Assembly (NCBI GenBank): GCA_011109175.1
Contig: RDEW01000057.1
Coordinates: 127,049 to 191,048 of the forward strand
Origin: Dicyema japonicum
Taxonomy: Eukaryota; Animalia; Dicyemida
Reading direction: 5' to 3'
DNA length: 64,000 nucleotides
The stretch's first letter is position 1. Each line of letters opens with the position of its first letter. This document shows, one piece after another, positions 1-12,520 of this stretch. The notes under the pieces were generated by a model. That model did not search any database. It was not told the DNA's origin and was given only the letters and a program-made list of their open reading frames with translations. A program made the translations under genes and the position numbers.

Positions 1-3000
1 AAGAAAAGCGAACTTGGCGAAGGACTTTGGTTGAGAAAAGTTTCTAAATGGAGTGATCAGAGGGAAAGCTTACGCAATCCTCTTATCTAAAAAACTTAAT
101 TGTTTTTAATTGTATTAATAAACTTATATAAGGTTGATATAGCTTAATGGATCCTTCTTAGTCTGTCTGGGATTAGAGATCATATTAAAGTGAAATTATT
201 CCAAAGAGAATAGTAAAACCAAACTAACTAGTTCCGTAATCCTGACGACTTACAGTAGATTCCTCATTCAAGCACATTGATCCAGAAGGCATTGTCAGGG
301 AAACTGAAGTCAAAGCCAAAACTAATAGCCATGAAGGGAAATTGTCACCTGATTGAATAAAGAAATGTATCTTTTTGAATGTACCGCCTGTTTATGTTCG
401 TCTGAAATGTCTCTCCCAGCGTATTCGAGGAGCACCTCGACTTGTAGATCAGGAGTATCCTCGGCATCCTTCACATAAATGTAGCCAATCAAAACAGTAA
501 TGGACTTGGATATAAAATCCAAAAAAACCTTGAAACACGAGATTACCAGACTCTTATTTGACACAGAGCTCGTACCCTTCGAATAAGCCTTTATTAGGCA
601 AAACAGCTGCCCAAACAGTTTGACAGCGAATTCGGGGAATGATGGAAGATCAAAGTAAAGTAGTTCAGTCAGGCATTTAATCGACAGTTCAACAATCTAC
701 CACCATCTCCACCTTAAAATTAGAGCTCATCGTGAAATTGCTGATAAAAGGCAGCAATGGATCCAACAATTCTCTATGACTGATGTCCTCTCTACTCATC
801 CTCCCCCGTTTTACAAGCAGATACAGCAACTACAGTACATATAGACAGTAATACCAAAAGTCCGCATTCCTTGAACACATCATGTGCAGCTTCATCTGTG
901 AATATTTTATAAACTTCAAAAAACAGATTCTCCACTGTGAATCTGTCATTATTTACGAGTGTGGCAGCAATTCGACTAAGCAGTTCCCCAACTTTGTTAA
1001 CTACACTACGTTTCGTGAGTTTGATCCCAGTCATCAGTTCTCTAATAGGTTCAATCAACGCAGAGAGTGTGGAAGATCCAACAAAGCGGCACATCAAAGT
1101 GAAAACTTCCAAAAGTCCCGATTTTTTGGCTTCGGGAGTCTTGCCGATGATTGCATCCACCTTCTTAGACTCAGAAACCTTTCCAAACGGATCTTCAATA
1201 AAGATTTACCATCAAGACCCACCACTACCTCTGGCACAATCCTAGTACACTCCTCATTTAGTAGAACTGTCTCCTCTAAACCAATCTTCTCCAATATTCC
1301 ATGTACGGTGTGACTCAAAATAAAAATCTACATGTAAACACGCGACACCTAAAATCCCGTCGAAAGTTGACTCCTCAGTGTCTCCAATACAAACAACAGT
1401 TTTGATGACCCAACGAAGGATGTTAGGTCTATAAGAGTCCCACGTGCTATCCTCCTGACTGAATAATTATGAGAAATCAGTAATTGAGTCAAACTGAGCA
1501 CTATTCTGACCAAATTCATTTGTAGTGCAGCAGGAAACAGCAAAAGTAGCTTTGTCATAACAAGAGCGAGTGGAATGACTCCAAGTCTCAGTTTGGCGAC
1601 CTCACTAAATTTATGAATGACTCTTTTAGTAACTCTCGTCTAAAATGACAGGAAGGGATACATTGTTCATCAGATTGTACATAATCTCCAAATGTGACAT
1701 TAATGTCTTGTAAATTATGCTCGACTCCTCAGAGCTCACCACAACAGTCCAATCGCCTCCCCCGATCATGGCCTTCAAGTTAAAGACCAATTCTTGGTCA
1801 CCCTCGTCGTCCCCATCCAAAACAACATTGGAAGGGGTATATGTTCGCAAATCATCAATTCCATGCAAGTCAAAGTGAAACGAATCCACCACGACTCCGA
1901 TAGCCCTACAATCACAACAACCTCCAACTTTACAGACCACTCCTGTCCATCAGTCATAGTATTAGAAGAAATCATGGCAAGGTAACGCTCAAACACATAA
2001 TTCCACTCCTCCCAATTGAGTTGTCTACAGACCGCCCCAATGGCAGAAAATGTCCAGTCGATGTATGAAGCCAATGTCGAAGAAGTCAGAGTCTAATTTT
2101 TATTGAAACCTCCATTAACGACAAAGAAGGACTCAAAGAGGGGGAGAAAGAAACGAACGAAATACTCAGATGGTACCCTTACCTCGCTCAGAACCCTCAC
2201 AAAATTGGACAAGGCCTTGCATCTTCGGCTGACCTGCAAGTAAGTCGTCAGCAACCTGCATATATGTCACATTGAAGAAGAAGTCTCTTCCAGAAGTAAA
2301 GTCATCATCGAGTAGATCTCTAAGACTGAAGTATCTTTCGTCCCCAAAGTTGACCACCAGTATTCTAAGGACACCAATGAAAAAATCCCGAGAAGTCTGA
2401 AGTGATTAACCAAATCTACATGAGTCACAGATTTGAAGATGAGATCATCAAACTCATCCAGAGTGGAGGTGACGACATCGGTGGGGACAATTCCACTCCT
2501 CAAATACTTAACTAATTGATCTACCGCAGAATAAGCCTCATTTCTCACAGCCCTGTCATCAAACTGACAATTTGAGGACCAAAGTCTACCTTTTTGACCA
2601 AATAATTGCAGTTATGTAGTAGCAAATATATACCAAGTAACCCAAGTCTATGTGATGTGGACAGCTCCCTAAAAGCCACAAATCCTCTATCAATCGAATC
2701 ATAATTGGGATCATTTATGCTTTGCTGTGAGGGAGTGTTAATCTAAAGTCTTATGACATAATTACATCTTCTATTATCGAATGCAACAGCTCAGCCTCCT
2801 CGTATCCACCAGACATTGCCTAAAAATGCCGCCAAATCAATACTCGGGTGATTTCGACCAAAGTTCTTCTATCATCAAAGGCATCAGTAGTGGAGAAAAG
2901 TCTTGCAAATGGGCTATAATAGACTAAATATGACTACCACACAATATTGGAGTAATCATCCACTTTAAGAATCAACTTCAACACCAAATTTAGCAGATAA

Positions 3001-6000
3001 TTCGAAAAGTCACGTGCAGTGCCCAGCAAGGTAAAAATCAACTGTACAAACTTGGCTGACTGCTCCGGACTTGTCACCAGTCCATTCACCTGTGATCAAT
3101 TATGGTCCCCAACCTTTCCAATAAAGGAAATTCATGCTTACAAACATCACTAATCTGATCCAACAATTCCAGAGAAGAGTGAATGTAATCCATAATCCCA
3201 CAAATATGGTACCTCACAATAGTCTCATCTACCTTTAACCCCATACCCTTACCGTTCGGAGTACATTATCAACAATTTTTACCAGCATGTGGGTACATTT
3301 CCGATCAACTTTCAAGTGGGAGTTGATGTGGGACATAATTACAGAGAGAGCACTGTGATTACCACAGCTCGAAGCTCAATAAGCAATATAACTCTTTCAT
3401 ATCACTCAAGCACATCACTAGCCGCAGAAATGGAGTCAGTCCAGTAACCCCCTTCTCATTAATCTTCATAATCTGCGGTTCAATGTAACCAAAAAATAAA
3501 GCATCCCCCTCATCCTTCCTAACAGAAGTAGTGTACTACGATAACAATCACACAAACAGTAATAATCCCACGTGTCAACATCTTTCGAAGTTTAATATTA
3601 CTCTTAATGTGATAGGGTGGAGGAGGCTGGCATTCTCAACCAATTTCCGTGAAATTGTGATCAACGTCAAAATAAGGTGGTAGTAAGTCTTCTCGAAACC
3701 ATTATTTCCGGGATTTACTCTGTGGAGAGTCTCCACGTAGGAGGAGAGTAACTCGAGAGGACTTGGATGAGTCAAAAAACAACCAAATGTATTTTCTGAA
3801 GGAAATGGGGATTTTTGGAAATCGAATTGGTCGTAAAGTCGTTTACTGTGGGAGAATATGTCCTCACAAGGCTGGTGACCATCAAGCACGTGGGTGAATG
3901 GTTGAAGCAGATATTCCTCCATCAGTTTCCATTCTCCTGGGACCGAGCATGTCAACAAGGATTCAAATATAGCAGACGGTCGCTTGTTGTACTTTCCAAC
4001 AGACTTTGCCGTCTGTAGTCTCCCATACAAAATTCTAACGTAAACATCAGCGACTACCGGGTAATAACGGGGATAACACAACTCTGGTCTTCAACAGGAA
4101 TATTCCACGTGGTCAGTAAATCCTTAATCTCAAAAACACTGGTCTTGTCGTCAATCAGACTCTCCAGCAAACTCCTATACTTATCCAACATTGGGAGAGA
4201 GTAACAGAATAGAGCAGTCAAGGCCGACTTTCTAACGACCCCTACAGAGTGAGACAACAGCTACAATCATACAAACACCACCTTGAAATGCACACAATCC
4301 TTGTTGTAAGGAATTCTGTGTTTTGAGAATATCCTTATAAAGGCGTCCAATTTAGCCAGCAAAAGTCTATCATTAATAAACAGGGAACTTGTAGTTTGGA
4401 GAATGTTCACGTTCATACTCCACAGGAGACTGAGTGAGGTCCTCGGTGACGGTATCAGTTGTCTGGGAGTGTAACAGCTGATTGGTTAAAGTGAAATATC
4501 AGTTCATTGCAATATTTCTCCGGAATTTTCCATCCATTTTGTGGACAAGTTGCCAAAGCTGAAGGTGATAACGGGACAGAATATTGAGTGAGGTATGAGA
4601 TGAGACACGTGCCTTTTGAACAAGACTATTGTAAAAACCACAGACGTCCATGGCATTCAATTCTGTGCATTAATTACCATAAACCTCTGTAAGGAAATTT
4701 CATGTTCCGCGAATTCACGACTTGCATGAAGACCGGCCAAAACGTGGAAAATTGACGAGAAAACTGCTGGGAAATGATCTTGAAAAATTCGTTCTCAAAA
4801 TCACCAAGTTACAGCTCACATTGCCATCAACATCCTCAGATATACCTCACAATACATAAACCCTCCAACCTGCACAACCCATTCTTCCGCATCAGTCATG
4901 GACTCAAGGTTAAGTCGGTTGAACAGCACCAGCTTGTCCCTGTATGAGTATAAGGTACCCTCCATCTCATCAGCATTCATCATTTCCGATATTAACGAGA
5001 CGTGTGACAACAGTTCGAGGGCATGATGACGAATATTATTATTGGGGGATGAAACAATCGGAATTATTGAATTTACTATAACGGATATGTCCTTCGTCCC
5101 GACCACGTGCACTAACTTACCCAAATTCATCATAACTGAAAGCAAATCCTCCTTTTTTTCCAACAAATCGCAGTAAATACTCCATAATAGTCGACACAGT
5201 ATCTCAGAACTCAGCCTTACACAGACATCTGTGATGACTGAGAATATCACACTGTCGTACCCAACCACGTGTATCATATTCTCGAGTAAATTTAATATAT
5301 TATCACAGTCACTGAAAAGCGAAAGCACTGACAAACACGCCCACAGCTGCTCATTAGGGAATCCACTGAGGGAGTCGAGGACATTGATAACGTAGCCTTT
5401 AAGGATACTTAACTCCTCAGTCAGTACCAATGGAATGCCATTGTAGACAAACTCAGCCATTATGGATACTATCTCTGACGCTGACTTAATCCCACGTGTG
5501 TAGTCACGTGTTAATACACGAACTATAGGTCTCCTTGCACATTAGGGTCACCAATGCCTCGGCAAAAGTCAACCTTCTGAGCCATATCAGAGTACACAAT
5601 CTAGCATATTAAAAAGTCACTACATTATCCAGGATATCATTCATGGGGTACTCGTTCACCACACGAATAAGAAGATCCACCAAAAGTCCACTAGTACTGC
5701 GCAAAAAGTGGGGAACGTTCTATGCTAAAATAACTTAATACCTTAATAACTGACTGAGGGAGCCTGATCTGCTTAAAACACGTGGTAATGGCCACCTGTT
5801 TGTCAGGACTGCAGTCTTTCATCTCCTACTACAATAAAACGGCGGAAAACCATAAAAATGTCAAATAAAGTGAAAATACTGTCCTTTTTGATAATCGTTT
5901 TAGCTTTCCCAACAAACTGGCCAATCAATTGCTCTTCCAAGGGGAGTAACTCTCTCACAACCACCTCTGCAAGTGAATTGAGAGACCCCTTGACTCCAAC

Positions 6001-6804
6001 TATTGAGAATCCTAACACGTAGGCTGTTATATTGACGTCTAGCTTAACCAAATTAACAACAAATCCGTGAATGTCACCGCTCTAACCATTTGACAAGAAA
6101 ATTTACTTTTCTCAGTAAAAAGGCGACACATTCCACCGCCGAGTCCCTGACATACTCTGGATGTCGACTCCCAAAGAGCGGGGTCATGGCCTGGAGACAG
6201 GAAAATTCATTTCCATCCAAATACTTCCAGCTGTGAACCATAATCAGGCCCAAAGTGACAAACACTGACTCAACAAGGGCCAATTCTGTTGGATACTTCC
6301 TCAGCAGTTTGTTCACGGCTCGCATTACTTTCGGGAAAAATGGCCCAAACTCGTCCACCAGGTCCCTGGATAGTCCAAGTAGACATCTATAAGTGAATTT
6401 TGAGAAAATACTCTAATATGTGGTCAACTGACTGGATGTCCGAATCTGACAGACTTTCTGACACGTGTTTTACCAGTTTATTCTTAATTCGATTAAATAA
6501 GGTACCTTGTTCAGGAGAAGAAGGGGTAACTGCAAGAGAAGGGAAATATTTGGGAGTGGAGGAGTTCTAAGAAATAAATGAGTGAAATACCAAAGGATTG
6601 TCCGCTTGGAAGTTCATTTGATAGGGCTGATTCGAGGAACGTGTTTTTATCCTTGAAATAAAAAGAATTTATACATTTGGAAGTTCAAGTTCACGTATTG
6701 GTCGCTTACCTATCCTCAATTCGAGTTGGGAGACACGTTTGGAATGTTTAATAAACTCAAATGACTTGTAATATTACCTTTAGTCGTTCTTTTTCCAGAC
6801 TCAT
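1..6804 (-). CDS. UTP20: U3 snoRNP/SSU processome component UTP20 (large HEAT-repeat protein), many micro-introns; 3' end uncertain, may run off the window
   Basis: ATG at 6804 followed by a 22-nt intron. Spliced segments match UTP20: RDLVDEFGPFFPKV...YVRDSAVECVAFLLRKV, DFFFNVTYMQ/VSRRCKAL, IPLALVMTKLLLLFP...LRSQLSTGF, and PFGKVSESKKVDAIIGKTPEAKK. Confidence 0.85.
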
Positions 6805-7894
6805 CAACCAAGTATCACGTGTTTAAGTTTAAAGAAAATTAACTAATTTTAAAAATAATATTTTTTAACTTTCGAAATTTATTAATTTAAATTTAAATAA
6901 TAATAATAATAAATTGTTCTTTTTAATTTCAAAAATACAGTAAACCATCATTAATCAGAACTTCAATAATCCGAAAACTTCAAAATCCGAATTCTTTGAT
7001 AAGTCAGAAAAATTTTACCAAAATTCCATACAAACAGGCTTCAATAAACCGAAATTTCCTTATCCGCAATCTGAAAGACATTTATTAAAAATTTCTGATT
7101 AATTTATTTTATGTACAATTAATTAATTTAAGTACCACATGTTAGGAAAAGGACTGAAATTTATATTGTCTAGAAAAGAATGATTTGTTAAAAAATGAAT
7201 TTCAGAATTATCCCATATCTGTGAAATAAAAATGAACCTTTATTAAGGAATTTCGACACTTTCAGAATTTCTTAAAAATCGTGAAAAATGGGAAAACTGA
7301 AATTTTGATTAACAAGTCAAGACAGCTGGTAAACATCATCAACTTGATAATTCCCTTGTTGAATGGATTTCAAGAATGGATGCAATCAATGGTTTTATTA
7401 CTGAAGATATCATTTCAAAGCTAAAATATTTGGTAAAAGTTAGGAATCAACAATCCTGAATTTAGTAAAGGACGCTACACAGATTTAAAGGAAGATTTAA
7501 TCTTAAACTAAAAGTTCTTCACAGAGAAGCTAGAAATTAATTTTAATATGATTAAGTTAAAAGAAGTTGAGCCTGAAGTATTGATAAACACGGATGAAAC
7601 TAGACTTTTTTTATTTTTCCTTCGAAAACAAATTCATCTAAAGATAGAAAGGGCATAAAGCAATCAAAAGTGAAGATCACTATAGCTCTTTGTGCCAATG
7701 CAACTGGAACAATAAAAATTAAAACTTTAAAGACCAAGATGTTTAAAAGATTTTGATTTTTAAAAATATTGTACTATGCAAATAAAAGGGCTTGGATGAC
7801 AACAGAACTTTTTAAGGTTTTCATCAGTCATCTTAGTGATGAATCAAAATGTTACAAGTTCTTTATACTTACTGATACACAACATAACATTTTT

Positions 7895-9505
7895 TATTAA
7901 AAACCAAAACATAGCGATAGTTATGGGGGATTACGTTATTAAAAATCCTGCCGTGAGGGATTGATTCTTCGCAGTTTTAGCCCAATTTAGCTTCACAGTA
8001 TCTTCTGAATGAACGTGTCATCCACTTTGGTCCTCAGAAGAAAACCCTCAATCCGTTCCACTGCCACGTTCCTTACGGACTTGATTAGGGTTTCCTCCTC
8101 ATCTAGGGCCAGATTGATTACCATCCTTCTCGTCTTGTCCGAAAATTGATTATTCTTTCTCTTTTTTGCGAAAAATACCATCCTTTACATCCGTAGACAA
8201 GAGAGGGCAGAATAATTCTTTCAAAAATAAAGATAAACGTTTCCCTCTTCAAATTGAGTTTTCGTAGACACAGAAGTGCTTGGTAAGCCTTTTTCATTTT
8301 GACACCTTCAACATAATCTCCTCTACGTCCAAAACAGACACCCAAATAACGTAAATGATCAACATTGCTGATACCACTCAATGTGTACTCCTGTTGAAAA
8401 AACTTTCTATAATTTTGACTTTTCCATTGAGAGACTTAAGTCACGGGACTTACACCACAAGAGAATTTCCTCCAAAAATCCATGTAATCTTCCCTCCGAC
8501 ACTACCGGACTTTTCGAAATGTCTGATATCAGTACGTCGTCCGCGTAAATAATCACATTAGTACTAGGATTCCTGGGAGCCGGAAAATCTCTCATAAATA
8601 TATTGAATAGCAGAGGACTCAAGACTGAGCCTTTTATTTATTTTAATAACCCCGGGAACACCGAGAAAGAAAGACAAAAGAGTCAAACAGTTAGGTGATC
8701 CCAGTCCTCGCAATCACTCGTGCCATTCGACGTCTGTGATCTTCCATCGTCCCCACTACTTTCCGGAAGAGCCTTCTCTCGGTCTTGCAGAGGAATCCGA
8801 TCGGGGAGGGGAATTTCTTATCCAATCGGTTTTTTCTTGCCATGGGAAGGATCAGGCGAAGCGGATTTCCATCTTCAAGACTGAGCCTTGTGGCACTCCC
8901 CTCTTCTAATCAATCTCTTCAGAAGTAAATCCTCCACATCTCACAAATAATCTTCTCTCTGTCAGAAATTTTCTTAACCAATCAAGTAAAAGTTTTGGGA
9001 TTCCAGCTGCGATAAGCAGATAAAACAGTGCGTCATGCAAGACACTATCCAAGGCCTTCGATTTGTCTAGACAGACGACACTCAGCTGATATTTGAAAAT
9101 TTTGGAATTATCAATCTCAGAGTTCAAGATGAAAAAACAATCTCCACATGATCTTTTTGGATTGTTCCTTGCTGAGAAATTCCGTAATTCGATTTGACGT
9201 GTAAGTCTTTATAAATCATCCTCATCATGATTCTTGAAATTGACCTTATTAGACTAATAGGTCTATAACCCAAGGGATCCGTCCTCGATTTTCCTGGTTT
9301 TGGAATCATCAGAATAATGGAATCCTTCCAAGCTTGAGGTACATATCCCATATTGAGACTTGCTACAAATAGGTAACAGAGGACTCAAAAAGGCAATCCG
9401 GATCCTCCTTGAATAACTTAAGGCGTATCCCGTCCATTCCAGGAGCTTTATCTCGGCATTCAATAATAGTTTGTTTTACCTCTTCTTTAGTAATACTTAT
9501 TGGTA
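7895..9505 (-). mobile_element. 5'-truncated non-LTR retrotransposon (I/Jockey-like RT) nested in the Tigger element
   Basis: RT motifs APGMDGI, YRPISL, LDKSKALDSV, VPQGSVLSPLLFNIFM, YADD and YLGV, with stops and frameshifts. Confidence 0.8.
8634..8875 (-). mobile_element. 242-bp LINE 3'-end insertion inside the RT of another LINE
   Basis: 14-bp TSD caagactgagcctt at 8620-8633 and 8876-8889. Carries the family 3' hairpin and an A/T tail. Confidence 0.8.
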
Positions 9506-9924
9506 ATGCTCCAAGCCACGCTTTGACGAAATCTTTTGAAAACATTAACATTTTATTCTTTACAAAAAACACAACTCTCATCTTCGACCAATGGATGCAG
9601 TAATAATCAAGAACTTTAAGCACTTTTTTGTTAATTTACGGAAGGCCATCATTATGGTATCTCACGCATGGAATAAAGTAAAAGAAGTCACAATAAAAAT
9701 TGTTTCAAAAAAGACAGGGACAATAAAATGTCTTGATTCATATGCTAATGAAGATATAATGCAAGATCCTGTTTTTTATGTTTAAAAAAAGAACTGGAAG
9801 AACTTGTTAATGAGGAATAAATAAATCATACAGAAAGCCTCGACGATAACGAAATCGTCATTCCTTATGAAGATTATAATGTCTACGAGGAAATTATGAA
9901 GCTAAATTGGAGAATTTTCGTTAT

Positions 9925-10460
9925 TATTAAAAACCAAAAATCACCGACAAATTAAATAAATACATAGCCATCAGGTGATTCCGGCCGCCTCGAGTAGCCA
10001 TCTGATTCTTGCTAGTGTTCTTCCTGAGTTCCAACGCATTTCCGGATTGGGCGGGGGTTTCTAACTTTTTTGGAGGGTAGTAGGGCTCCGGTTTTCCTCA
10101 CTAATTCCTCAAAGGTGTAGGGTTTAGAGGTGTCCAAGAAAACCTTTGTAAAGCCTTACTGGCCATTTTTGGAAGGTATTGATTTTTTCTATATTCCTGT
10201 TTGATAGGTTGGTTCCCCATGCAGCACACCCGTAAGTTAGAGACGGTTGAATATACTGCACGTAGAGCGATTCCAAATTTGAATTGAAACACCCATTATA
10301 TTGTCCAAGGAGTGTTTTAACAAAATTTAGCTTTCGTTGTGCCGAAGAGATGACGTTGTCGATGTGTTTGCTGAAGTTCAAGAGTGGGTCGTAGGTTATG
10401 CCCAGTATCTTGACCGAGTTGGTCGTGGGGATTGAGTTTCCATTTATGGTTAAATAAAAC
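9925..10460 (-). mobile_element. LINE 3' fragment (RT C-terminus plus 3' hairpin tail) nested in the Tigger element
   Basis: VKILGITYDPLLNFSKHI and YIQPSLTYGCAAW. Tail hairpin aatcacc/ggtgatt. Confidence 0.7.
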
Positions 10461-12289
10461 ATAATTTTTTGATTTTAAATAATTTGTTACATTTTTTTTT
10501 CTGATATATTAAAACAAAAAATTAATTAAATTAAATTAATATATTTATTACTTCACAATCCGAAAGGCATCGAAATTTTTTTGGTTCAGATTAATGAGGG
10601 TTTACTGTAGTAGAAATTCGTGTTTACATTTTCAACAGCATTCTTTCAACGTGGTTACATCTATGAGGTCGGAGTGTTTATTTGGCATTCGTTATTCCGA
10701 TATCCAGTAACTCTCCTGCTCACTGCATATCCAGACTGTACACTTTTGCATTTGCTTCTTACTTGGTTGGATCCCACCCTCATCAGGAATCCAAGTAGGA
10801 TCATGGCAGCGGTTTTCTGCGTTTTTGAAAAAATAGGAAATCCATTGACGATGAAATTGTTCATCATTGGAACGCTGATTGCTTCTAATGAAGGACATCC
10901 GGTCAAATTTTTTTAGACATCCTGCGAGGCTCTACCGTTCTACAGTTTGGACACTGGAAGACCACGTAAGAAGAATTCGGTAGATTATTGCCTTTTCACT
11001 ATCTACCACAAACGCTCATCGAGAAAGCACCTCTCACAAGACAACGAAAACTCCAAAGACCCATATGAAATCTTTTTCTGTTGCTCTTCTTGGTTGATAG
11101 TGCAAGTAAAATAAAATAACATAAAATTTGTTCCATGGAGTTTTTTAGAACTAAATTACTCGTACGAGTATTTTGAATTGAGATCCCCCGATGTTAATGA
11201 TGTCACAAAAAAGCGACAATATCTTCATTTGGCCTTTTTGAGTTTCATAGCTAATTTTGGCAATCGAGAAAGCCGAAGAGGTTTTTGTTGGATCAGATTG
11301 CGTCTGAATGGAGGTCGTATATTACCTCTCTGCTGCATCTTTGGCAGGTTATGTGAGAAAGACTGATGTCTGAGTTCACTAGTAAACTGAATTTTGTTAT
11401 TGATTAGACCAACATCGTTTCCGCTTCAACCTGAGCCTACTAGGAATAGCCAGTTGTGGATGATAGTTTGTAAGAAGGGGGAAGTTAATTTCTTGTAAGG
11501 CATATCCACGTTGTTCGAACTCATAAAAAAGCGGTTTCATTTAATGCCGTAGACAGTTGATGTTATGTTTTAGGATGATTACCATAAAATTGGTGGAACT
11601 AGATTTTCTTAAATGTCTCCAGATTTGATGAGGAAGTGGGAGAGTTACAAGCAGGCGGCTCTTTGGTACGTCATCATTGGATGAGGAAAAAAGGCGTGAT
11701 TCTTTTTTTCCTTTCATTATCGAAATGTAAAAACACCACTATGTGGAAGTGAACCATATGACGTTCAAAATGACCGCCACGTGTACTTAATGTATTTTTT
11801 GGTAATTTTGGCAACCTAATGTGGTCGATTCCTAACCAAGATCCCTATTTGTACTAAATTTGAAGAGGACGGTCTTTGGAGGATATTGTGGTTTAATTGT
11901 CAATGTGAGCACTTTTTACAAATTCTGAAACCCCAAGCACTCACGATCGTGTTCCTGGCAGATGCTTGTAGGGGGTAAGTCATACCAGGATTTGGAGGGG
12001 TTGTCATATGAGCCGAATAATTTCTGCAAAGTTTTATGATTTTGGATTGGAAGTCTAGTATAGTTTGTTTATGAATGTTTGCAGATATTGACTATATTCC
12101 ACAGGGGGTAGCTGGGTTAATCTTTCCATGTGACAAGTACACAGATTGCAGGATCGTAAAAACAAGAAAATTGAACCAATGTGTGAATAGAGGGAAAATT
12201 GTGGTTTTTGAAAAATTCTCGCCTGAACCCCACCTGCGTGGATGACATCTTTCTCTCCAACATTGCAGGAACAGCAACTCACCCAGGAT

Positions 12290-12520
12290 CAGCATCTGAA
12301 AAGACTAAGACCCTAAAGAAAAAGAAATAAGAATGTTTTGGTGGAAAGTTCATTTTAGTACCAGTCGCCGTGGAAACATCATGACCTATAGGAAGCTGAT
12401 CACTGACCCCGCTGAACTGAATCGGATCGCTTATCGTAAAGAGGGAAGAAGATAAAAGGGAAAGGTGCTAGGTTGAGCGCTTTTCCTTACAGATTGTCAG
12501 CATGAGCCGTTCTTGTAAAC
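12290..12520 (+). mobile_element. CRE-clade retrotransposon endonuclease remnant
   Basis: KKKK*ECFGGKFILVPVAVETS aligns with KIKKYSCLGDRYRFTPVATESS of the copy at 25915-26600. Confidence 0.5.

Larger units (their letters stand above)
6938..10607 (+). mobile_element. Tigger/pogo DNA transposon, decayed, interrupted by nested LINE fragments
   Basis: TIRs cagtaaaccatcattaatcagaac / gttcagattaatgagggtttactg, each flanked by TA. CENP-B/DDE_1 remnants (NTDET, LCANATGT, KRAWMT, PMDAVIIKNFK). Confidence 0.85.

Noticed and set aside
1349-1351. TAG-to-Gln genetic code reassignment
   Set aside because: SF3B3 has no in-frame TAG/TAA over about 1169 codons after correction, and TAG terminates JTB and the RanBD gene.
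11943-11975. IVFLADACRG, a caspase/paracaspase-like catalytic motif followed by GTAAGT
   Set aside because: No upstream His-Gly catalytic motif or coherent exon chain could be built, so it may be chance.
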